From Basidiobolus meristosporus CBS 931.73 (Eukaryota; Fungi; Basidiobolomycota): 64,000 nucleotides of DNA. The stretch covers positions 1-64,000 of the forward strand of contig MCFE01000070.1 in assembly GCA_002104905.1 (NCBI GenBank), in the 5' to 3' direction. The notes beneath the pieces were generated by a model. It was given only the letters and a program-made list of their open reading frames with translations, did not search any database and was not told the origin of the DNA. Of the stretch, positions 24,005-34,699 are shown one piece after another. A program made the translations under genes and the position numbers. Each line of letters opens with the position of its first letter. Position 1 is the first letter of the stretch.

Positions 24005-25491
24005 CTATTGATAGTCACAATGGATTTCTCCGTTTGTGTAGGAGCATTGGGTTCCTGGTGCGCATCGCATGTTGTAGAGATGGCCGTGGACGCACAGTTG
24101 GAATTTCCCATCCTCCAGGCACTGGGTGGTGCATTTGCTGTCTTTACCTCCATTCTCGGGTTGCTCTTTGGCAGCATCTAGTATGGGCTCTGACTTGTAA
24201 CCAGGCTCTTGCTTGGGGTTGGCTCCCTTGTTTTTCTCCTCCAAGTCAGAGTCTGCTTTGTATCCGGGCTCTTGTTTGGGGTTGACTTCCTTGTTTTTCC
24301 CCTCCACGTCAGAGTCTGCTTTGTATTCGGGCTCTTGTTTGGGGTTAACTTTCTTGGTTTTCCCCTCCACGTCAGAGTCTGGTTTGGCAGCGGCACTCTT
24401 CTCATTTGGCGCTTTGTTTTCCGCTGGTTCTTGTTTGTCCGATTTAGCGATAGTCGTCTTTTCCTTGGTCTCTGATGCTGCCGACGCTTTGTTTTCAGGA
24501 ATGGTCTCCGGCTTGGTAGTGTCCGATTTTCCCTTTGTATCTATATTCGTGACTGACTCTTCTGGTGTGGACTTGTCTGATTTGGCATAGGAGGTTTGAT
24601 TCTTTCCGCCCAAGGGGGTTTCCGGCATCTTATTTTCTTTCGGCTTTTCTTGCTCGTACGCCTCAGGGTCAGCCTTTTTGGCCGGGGAATACTTGGCCTT
24701 GTTCTCTTTTTTTCCCTTGGACTTCTTCTTGTAGACCTCCTTCTTGGCCTCTGGTTCGGGCTCGGCCTCTGTGCCAGCTTCTCCCTCCGCAGCTGCCTCG
24801 CCAGACTCACCCGATCGGTAGGAAGTGACGATCGGTCGTTTGTTCATCAACTCGGATCCATCGTCACCTCCATTCGAAAATTCAGGGATGGTCGGGGTAT
24901 TCTCCATGTTGACAACCAGTAACTTGGGTCCGCTCAGAGAGTTGCCCTTGCCTCCTTTGACAGTGATGTCTGCACAGTTCATATAATACTCGCGGTTTCC
25001 AGTCTTGTTGATCCAAGTCCAGGCGAAGACCGCCTCCCCATTTGGGATCTCGGTTGGAATCGGGACCTGGTAATTGAGCCCATCCATTAAACAAGTGCCC
25101 ATGACAGTCTTTAGGACCACGAACGTTTTTCCACCGTCCACTGACAATGCAAACTGGCAATGACCGCCGTTGTGGACTGCCATGCCCCCAAGCGTGACGT
25201 TCAACGACTCACCTGCTGTGTATGTGCCCACACTGGGCCCAGCAGGGATGCCACGGCATGGAAAAGGAAACTAGATAGCTCAATGCTTAGATGGCAGTTC
25301 ACGGAACATGAAACATCAATCACACAAACCCTATGTCCGAGTGGGGTAGACATGTCGTAGTCTACATCCCCCTTTTGAGTGTATGTGGAGCTGAATCTCG
25401 ATCTTCTAGGCGCGGGGTTCACCAGCTCCATGTGAGCCAGAGAGAAGCCAACCAGGTTCCCAACTGTCAGAGCGATGATTTCAAAGCGCAT
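24005..25491 (-). CDS. Secreted AA11-like lytic polysaccharide monooxygenase with K/E-rich repeat linker and CBM19-like chitin-binding tail (exons 25491-25330 and 25270-24005)
   Basis: His directly after the signal peptide (…SLA|HMELVNPAP); HNGGHCQ; FAWTWINKTGNREYYMNCAD; C-terminal CLEDGKFQLCVHG…CAPGTQC…CDY; 59-nt intron is in frame. Confidence 0.8.
24190..24380 (-). repeat. Coding tandem repeat, 63-nt (21-aa) unit, ~3 copies
   Basis: gtcagagtct recurs at 24245, 24308 and 24371; unit ADSDVEGKxKxVNPKQEPxYK. Confidence 0.85.
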
Positions 25492-25963
25492 TCTATCTAG
25501 GATTAGGGTTTGGGTTTAGGTGAAGGTGAAGGTGAAGGTTAAGTGGGTTATGAGGTTAGAGGGTTAGAGTTAGATGGTTGGATGCTGTCAGGGAATCCAT
25601 GCGAGCCCAATTTATAGCTGGATGGCTAACCCAATGCAGCCAGGGAAGATTGTGAAATCATAATGCCCTATTGTTGGCTCCTTGGACAGTGGAAATCTAA
25701 TTGTTGCATATGCAATTGCAATGCAACTAGGGAGCTTTTTACTTTCCCCCTGAATGGCTCAAGATGCTGCCCACCATGGCCAAGGTTGGAGTGGACTTGG
25801 TCGCACAATCCCCTCCCCCAAATTAAATTAAACATGAACGCAGATTTAATCTAGTTGTTCTTTCTTAACCTTCTTCACTGGGTTACACGAGTAAGCATAA
25901 GTATTATTATACTGACTGTCCACACTTACCCTCGCTCACTGTTCAGTCTAGTTCAGTTTCAAG

Positions 25964-26811
<848 letters not shown>

Positions 26812-27126
26812 GCCAACCGAAGCAAGTGGCTCTTCTATGTAGTCCTGACCAGCTAGTTTGTGTGAAGGGACAGCCCCCACCTCCTCCCCCAACACACCCA
26901 CGTCCCAAACCAAAATCTGCGCTATTCTTATCACAAATGCCCCACTATGTATGAGAAACCCTCACTGAAATGACAACAAGGATGGATGTACAATATTCCA
27001 GAATCACGCCACTTGGATTTGAAGTATTTATTAACATGGTGGATAGGGGAAGGGGAAATAGAGTAGATTTGAATTGTTGGTTGTTGCATACTATACATTC
27101 TCTTTGATAACGTGCACAGCGGCAGT

Positions 27127-29184
27127 CTAGTAACGACGGCGAGCAAGCGACGGCTTCCAGTCTAAAGGATGGGTCTCCTCGGTCTGTGGGGGAAAATCCA
27201 TGTGAGTGCTCGATCGAATGAACCCGCATCCACTGCTCACTGCTTACCGCATTCTCATCCTCCTTCCAGATCTTGATCGTTTTGTCCGCCTCACCGGTGA
27301 TCAAACGAGCACCAGATCGATCGAAGGTGGAGGCGAAGATGCCAGACTCGCTGTCCAACGAACCGGGTTGAACGGTGGTTTCGGTTTTCTGGAAATTGTA
27401 GCCGGTCTTCCAATCCCAGAAGTACATGGATCCATTATCACCTACAAGGGATTAGTCACGCTGAGCTCCCGACCCTTGGTACAGTTCTGCGGGCACTTAC
27501 CTCCAGAGAACATGACGTTGTCGCTGTTGATGGCCAGGGTGTTGACGATGGATCTGTGCCCCTCGAAGTTCTGGATGAACGATCCTTCGGGGCACTTCCA
27601 CTGCTTGATGTTGTCGGAACTTCCACTGGCAAAAGTGAATTCGTCCGGATGGAGGGCCAACGCACGGACCGACTTCTTGTGGTGAGTCAGGACGGACATC
27701 GTCTTACCAGCAGCAAGATCCCACAGACGGACCATGGAGTCCATGGAGCCCGTGATCACTTGGGGATCTGCTTCTTGGCACTTCACGTCAGCCACCGTAG
27801 CGGAATGGCCGGAAAGCACGTGGATGCACTGCTTGGTACGCATATCCCAAACCTAAAGAACGTGGCTGATCAGTTGTCTCTTCCGTTGGTCTATGGGTAC
27901 GTCAATCCTTACCCTGGCTGTGGCGTCTCGACCTCCTGTTACAAGGACATCTAGCACGGGATGCAAGCTTAATGTATAAACACCACTTAGATGGCCGTGG
28001 TAGTGTCGGATCACTTTGTTGTATTCCAAATCCCAGCATTTGACCATCTTATCCTCACCACAAGAGAACAGGTATGGATGTCTGGGGGACACAGCAAGAC
28101 CACGCACCGTCGAGATGTGTCCAGTGAGTGTGAGCTTCAATGTACCGGATGCGAGATCCCAAATCTAAATTGGCCAAGGCGTTTAGTGTCTGCAAGCTCA
28201 ACCCAGTGCCATCCCGTTTGCAACTGACCTTGATGGTTCTGTCTCCAGCTCCTGTTGCAAACCACTTGTTTCCTGGTTCGACAGCAATCGAGCGCACCCA
28301 TCCCAAATGGCCGCTGATAACCTAATCCCAAATAGAGGTTAGCGTCACGCGTCGGTCGGCAAGCGCTGCGAATAAGCAATCACTACATACTCTCATAAGC
28401 TTCCAGGGTGCGTGCCACTCCGGACGTTGAGCCTGAAGTGTAGGCTTACGCACAAGTGAGGAGCTTGTGGGAGGTCCGGTTTGATAGCCGGCCTTCTGGC
28501 GGATCGCCACCACACCTTGGGCCGTTTTACGCGCCTCTTGCCTAGTAAAGTGAGTAAGAATTAATCGGGGGCTCATACACCAGAACTTGACGATTATACG
28601 CACTGTGCTTTGCTCTCTGGTAAATTCTCGATCATCTGCTGAATACTATCCTCGGAAATTTCGGGTACGACAGAGGTCTCTTCCGAAAGAGAAACACCTG
28701 GAAATCGCCATTGACAGGTTAATGAACGTGTTCGGGACAGGAGGGAATAAAGCGTAAACAAACCAGGGGCGGTAGGATAAGCATGTCCCGGTAGAACCTT
28801 CACGCCGGGCTCTGAAGCAGCCGCAGGAATAGCAGCAACTGGTGCTTTACTTCCTGGTCTTTCTGTAGCGGCCTTCTGCTGGGTAAGCAAGGCGTAGGGA
28901 AGTTCCTTCACGGATTCATATTCGTCCGAGATCTTCACGGAAAGCCTGACCTTTTGGCTGGGGGAATAGAGTCCAGTTAGCGAGGATCGAGCAGAGATCG
29001 TGTAACGGATTGCTTACCTTGCTGGAACGTTCTCCACAGGCAAAGCGTGGTTCATGACAAAGAGCTCCCTAGTACGTTTCGCGGATTTCTCAACCAGATC
29101 TGCGAGAGATGGAAGGGGTGGATTCAAGGAATCGCTCGAATCGGCCGCGAGCGGGGTGGTTTTCGTGGGCTCTACTGTTTCCAT
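27127..29184 (-). CDS. PRP46: Spliceosomal WD40 protein Prp46/PLRG1, multi-exon
   Basis: [94 protein letters not shown]. Confidence 0.95.
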
Positions 29185-29981
29185 GTCGCTTAATCTAAGA
29201 GTGTGAAGGTAGACAACCACCAAATCAATGTCCGTCTCAAGAGGGTGATCCGGTGCATCACCCAAAACGAGCAGGATAATTTTTGGGCATTTTTTTTTAC
29301 CAGAGCTAACCCAACTCCCCCGGAAGATGCTTAACTTCCTGTCTAACCTAACCATCATGGAGGCCATGACAGCATTTTAATTGCGTTTCACCATATCTCC
29401 GATTGCCTCCGAACTAAGTTCGATACGTGTCTTCCTAATACTCCACTGGAATGAAGTCATTCGATGGAGATCTAGCGATGTCACTCTCAGTGGACAAACA
29501 ATCATGATGATTGTTGGTAAACTAATCGAGGATGTATTGTCTTAGATGATTGCGACTCGGGCTGGCAATCGATCTTCGGATGGATTAGTAATACATGCTG
29601 TGAGAACTAACGATTCAATTAGGTACCATCCCTCTAGTTATCTGGATGATTTTCGGCTTGGGAATCGAGCAAACGTGCAGTAAGATAGGATTTCAGGGAG
29701 ACGCTTTAAGGGGAAATCGGCGACAAGGACGAAATCACTACCGTCTTACCAAAACGGGTCAGTCATGTTACAGATGGGAAAGAAATGCCAATTGTCATCC
29801 ACAGCATCACATCATCGGCCACGATTTTTTGCTCATACAAAAACCAGTCGAATTCGCTTCCCGATCTCATTAAATTCTTTCCCTCTCACCATCCTCTCCT
29901 CCACCGACAACCTTCTCGAACATCCACTCGAACTTCCTTCCAATTTCCTTTCCCATCGAGTCTCCCGAGGAATCAACTAGT

Positions 29982-30977
29982 ATGATGCTGACTGCTGACA
30001 TTGTTAACGGTGCTGTGCGTGTGCTCAAGGAAGAGGGGAGCGCCATTCTTGATTGTGCCGAGCGTATCAACCAGGACCCCGAGTCCTTCAGTAAAGTGAT
30101 CCTTCTCATGCAGAAGTGTCTCGACAAGGGCGGGAAAATCGTGGTCACCGGCGTGGGCAAGTCCGGAAAGATCGGTCAAAAGATTACCGCTACCCTACAG
30201 AGCACAGGAAGCCTCGCGGTGTTTCTACACCCAACCGAGGGGCTGCACGGTGACCTCGGGCTGGTACAGCCCAAGGATGTGGTCCTCGCGCTCAGCTATA
30301 CGGGCAACACGGAGGAATTGTTGCGGGTCGTCCCCTCCTTCAAAAAGCGGAATGTCATCCTTGTCGGCTTGGGCGGTAACAAGAACTCTTTGTTGGCCCA
30401 GGAATGTGACGCCTGGCTGGACGGATACGTGAAGTCCGAGGTTTGCACCCATGTCCCCGCCCCCACCTCCTCAACCACAGTAGCCCTGGCGCTCGGAGAT
30501 GCCATCGCTATATCACTTATGCAGCTGAGAGCTTTCAACGCACAACATTTCGCCTTGAACCATCCCGGCGGTTCGCTCGGTAGGAAGCTGACCCTCAAAG
30601 TGAAGGACGTGATGCACACGTTCGAAGAGGTCCCAATCGTCAGCCAGGATACCGCGGTAAACGAGGTACTCACCCTGTCGATGCGTAAGAAGTGTGGCAG
30701 TGTATTGGTCCTGGACGAAGCGGGAGAATCGGTTATCGGGGTGATCACTGACGGAGACATCCGACGCGCATTAGAGTTTCGAGAGCAGATCTTTCAATTG
30801 CAGGCAAAGCACATCATGACCCTTGATCCGGTGGTCTGCTCCACCGAGGACATGGCTAGCGAAGCGCTGAGGTTGATGAAGGAGCGAGAAACACCAATCA
30901 GTGTATTGCCAGTCCTCGACAAATTCAACAAGCTGCGAGGTCTGATCACCGCGAAGCAATTGGCGAAGACGTTCTAA
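29982..30977 (+). CDS. kdsD: KdsD/GutQ/KpsF-family sugar-phosphate isomerase (SIS + 2 CBS), intronless
   Basis: VTGVGKSGKIG..ITATLQSTG..AVFLHPTEGLHGDLG, APTSSTT, GDAIA, HPGGSLG; C-terminal CBS pair (GVITDGDIRR; LPVLD...GLIT). Confidence 0.9.
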   Translation: MMLTADIVNGAVRVLKEEGSAILDCAERINQDPESFSKVILLMQKCLDKGGKIVVTGVGKSGKIGQKITATLQSTGSLAVFLHPTEGLHGDLGLVQPKDVVLALSYTGNTEELLRVVPSFKKRNVILVGLGGNKNSLLAQECDAWLDGYVKSEVCTHVPAPTSSTTVALALGDAIAISLMQLRAFNAQHFALNHPGGSLGRKLTLKVKDVMHTFEEVPIVSQDTAVNEVLTLSMRKKCGSVLVLDEAGESVIGVITDGDIRRALEFREQIFQLQAKHIMTLDPVVCSTEDMASEALRLMKERETPISVLPVLDKFNKLRGLITAKQLAKTF

Positions 30978-31251
30978 GCGAATTCTGAGAATCGAATGTT
31001 CCCGTCCCCCACCTTCCCCTTCTCCCTCCCCCTCCCCCACTTGACCCTGTAACCTAGAAATAATGCACCCATACCTGCCCACACAAACCATGTACATATT
31101 AGTTGGACTGAAGGTTTCCATTTTCAAATACATTTACTTCGGTTTCCATATATAACACCACCACCCCAGCACACTCCCCATGATTGGATCTGACCGTGAG
31201 AGCGCCATATGCGGTTGAGCACAGCGCCAGATATGGATGGATAGACGGAGA

Positions 31252-31344
31252 TGATCCTAATTTCAAACTGACCGAGGTGATCCTAATTTCAAACTGACCG
31301 AGGTGATCCTAATTTCAAACTGACCGAGGTGATCCTAATTTCAA
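31252..31344. repeat. Perfect 26-nt tandem repeat (TGATCCTAATTTCAAACTGACCGAGG), ~3.6 copies
   Basis: Units start at 31252, 31278, 31304 and 31330. Confidence 0.95.
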
Positions 31345-32052
31345 TTTCTCCATAACTGCCCCTGAACATATCCGATTCCACTAGTGGCGACTTCTTGGAA
31401 TCTTCCTCCGAGATCCGATAAGCCCTGGCTGCGGCCTCGAGAATCCCATGAATACCTCGTTCATACCGATGATTTCCCGATACATGATTCCGTGATGCAT
31501 GATCGATTACTTGCCACTCATTCCCTCCAACTAGTTCCCTTGCAAGCGCCTCCTTTCATGGTCACTGCGCTTCAACGGATCAGTTCGTGTGCGGTGATTG
31601 TTCCATCCTGATACCGCCCCCAAGCCCTGCTCGCAACGTCATGTCGACCGAGAAGCATGTGTGTTACCAGGTCGTTGGTTTTCCAGCTTTAGCGTATGTC
31701 GCGTCGTCACACTGAGCCATGCTCCCTGAGATCCACTGGTACGCATTTCCGAGCGCATATATTGAGGTGCCACCATGCGGATTTTTGGTGAGGAGATTTT
31801 GATGGTAAATCGGACTCCGATCCTGACCCAACTGCCGCAGCGTCCCGCATTGGACCATGTCATTGTTTTCGGATGGCGCCTTTCTTTCACGGTATGACTG
31901 CATGTTCTAACTGCACCTTCATAGCAAATGAGTACTCCCTTGTGTGGCACCTGGTGGGCTCTTCGTCGTGATGTTCGGAAAATCCCCGTTCCCGGGATCC
32001 CCGTCCAGTATATTTGGCCAGTGGGTCTACATCCAACATCCCCTACGTTTTC

Positions 32053-32288
32053 TTGAGGTCCACCAGGGCACATGTTCACCCGACTTGAAACAGGAATTTT
32101 ATTCTTCGTTTGTGCTTCGCAGATTTTCCATGTCCCGGGTACTGGGCAGTTTGATGAAGATATTCCAAGCTGTCCGAAAGCCCTCGAACTTTGCCCACAT
32201 GCTTTACCAAGACCGTGGAAAAGTAAAAATACCACTTTTACATTCAATAAATCTTCAAGTGAAAGCCATGTCATCCACCTGTTCCTCT
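32053..32288 (+). mobile_element. LTR fragment (subfamily A2) retaining its CpGs
   Basis: Alignable to the LTR at 32833-33160. Confidence 0.8.
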
Positions 32289-34690
32289 TGTAAATTTTGT
32301 AATTACACCTAGATATTCATCTAACTTGGTCACTTAGATCATTGTCCACAAATCTTGGAGAACTCCAGCCAAATTCCTTGTTGGGATTTCCTTGGAATAA
32401 TCTGACCAAACCATCTGGTACCCAGAACTTGAAAAAAATCTAAAAAGCAGTTCAAACTGCCCCAAACTTTGCACACATGCTCTGGGGACCTTCCTAAATG
32501 TATCCTACAAGTCTTTTTTGCCAAGAATATGAAGAAGTAGACATATTGCATATACATTCAATAAATCATCAAGTGAAAACCACATGATCTACTTGTTCTC
32601 CCAGCCACTTCAAATATCTCCAATACCCCTACTACAGGTTAAGGGCCCCAGATCATCACTCTAGAATGCTTGCTACTGCTATGACTGGAACCTTTCCCTT
32701 TGCTGAAAAGTTGGATTGATCTAACTTCCAAGTCTGAAGGTCAAGATGGATATTGTGCTACAAGAACAAGGCCTTTGGCATGCTGTCATGGGAGAAGTAC
32801 ACCCTCCTAAATGTAAAGGAGAAGATACTTTATGCTGTAACAATTTGTATTTCCACCTAAGTATTCACCTAAGTTAGTCACTTAGATCATTGAGGTCCAC
32901 AAGGGCATATGTTGACCCAACTTGAAACAGGAACTTTATTCTTTGTTTGTATTTTGCAGATTCTCCATGTTTTTGGTACTGAGCAATTTGATAAAGATAT
33001 TCCAAGCTGTCTGGAAGCCCTCAAACTTTGCCTGCATGCTTTACCAAAACCACTTAAAAGTATAAATACTACTTTTACATTCAATAAATCACTCATTGAA
33101 AACCACATAATCTATTTGTCCTCCCATATCACTTTCAATAACTCCAAGACTCTTTCAACACTAAAAGCATGGGAGAGGAAGCCTTAAAGTACCAGAAGAA
33201 AGAACAAAGTGCCTTTAACTGCATTTGCCTTAATGTGAAAGACAAATTGCTAATTCAATGCTCAACAGCAAAAACAGAAAAGAATGCCTGGAAGGCATTA
33301 GAAGACACCTACCAGTCATGTTTGGCTGCTAACAAAATATATCTTAGATGAAAATTCTTCACTACAATGATGCTGCTAGGAGAAGAAATCTAAAATCTAA
33401 TTAACAGAATTACCCTGCTGGTGGATGAGATGGGATCTGTGGGTGTACCAACTACTGATGAGGATGCACTAGTAACCATCCTGAATAGCCTGACAGACAA
33501 GTTTCAGGGCCTTGTATCAGCCCTAGAGTACAGAACTGAAGATTTGACCTTAATTACATATATGGAAGGCTCCTGGATGAAGAATTAAGAATATCAAGAG
33601 CCAATAAGAAGGAAGAAGAAAATGCTTTAATAAGCAATGTTAACCAGCAAAGAAGGTACCCAAGACCCTGCAAAGGCAACAGCAACCTGTTTTGCAACTA
33701 CTGCAAAAGGAAAGGACACACATCAGACCAGTGTCTCAAAAACAGAGATAATCAGCAAAAGAAGCCTGAATATGGAAATTCTGCAATAACTGCAGATAGA
33801 CTATCCATATCTGCACTAAATACAACCACAAACAAGGATTCTCAGATGTTGTACATTAACTCTGGAGCATCTCAACACTTTACACACAAAAAGAACTTCT
33901 TACTCAACATCAAGAAATTTCAATTAAGAAGGTTTTCATGGGTGACAATAGAACACTTGATGCAGTGGGAGAAGGAACTATCCAAGTAAACCTTAGAAGC
34001 AGTGAAGGAAGCCATACACTGATCTTTAAAGAAATACTCTATGTACCTGAAATTGCCAAGAACCTACTATCTGTAAGCAAGGCCACAGCAGAAGGACTCA
34101 GCTTCAGCTTTGACAATTCCGGATGCAAGATCACTGATGAAAATGGTGCCCAAATTGGCTTGGTATCAGAGATCAGAATCTATACAAGTTGACCTATATT
34201 CCATCATATCTGGAGGCCAATATAGGTGACTTAAATGAAGAAACACCAATGCCCTGACACAGGAGATTTGGGCACATCAATTTTGATTATTTGCGCAAAA
34301 TGATCAATGATTGGCTAATTTCCAGTGTAAAAATTGAGCCCCCAGCAAGTTTGGAGTGCTGTGAGGCCTGCATATTTGGGAAACAAGCAGACAATCATTC
34401 CAGAGCTCTGGGTTGGTCAAAACTAAGAGAAAATTAGATCTAATTCACTCAGATCTGTGTGGACCTATGCAAGATTTATCCTTAGACAGGATGAAGTATT
34501 CAATCACTTGTACTGATAATTATACAAGATACATGTGAGTACATTCTCAAGGAGAGTGGAAGAAGCTCTGTCTAAGCTCAGGGAGTTTAAAGCCATGGCA
34601 GAGAGAGAAACTGGTGAAAAAGTCAAGAAAATACACCTTGATAATGGTGGAGAATATACCTCAAAACTCCTTATCCACCTCTGCAAAGTT
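32286..34690 (+). mobile_element. Decayed Ty1/copia family A element (5' LTR, PBS, gag, protease, integrase; truncated)
   Basis: LTR to 32636, then GGTTAAGGGCCC; zinc knuckle CNYCKRKGHTSDQC; NSGASQH protease; HSDLCGPM and DNGGEY integrase motifs; many stops. Confidence 0.88.
32833..33160 (+). mobile_element. Nested solo LTR (subfamily A2) in gag
   Basis: TG...CA termini; interrupts gag; no clean target duplication. Confidence 0.8.
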
Positions 34691-34699
34691 CTACTTAGA

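Noticed and set aside
25503-25572. Telomere-like TTAGGG/GGTGAA tract (also CCCTCAA x4 at 18955)
   Set aside because: Short, degenerate and located in 5' or intergenic regions; not an interstitial telomere array.
29185-29367. N-terminal extension of PRP46 suggested by the ORF track
   Set aside because: It looks like non-coding 5' sequence; similarity-consistent sequence begins near the ATG at 29184.
31384-32050. Possible gene remnant in CpG-rich DNA before the LTR fragment
   Set aside because: Short ORFs on both strands with no recognisable motif or consistent splice model; the 211-aa ORF runs through LTR sequence.
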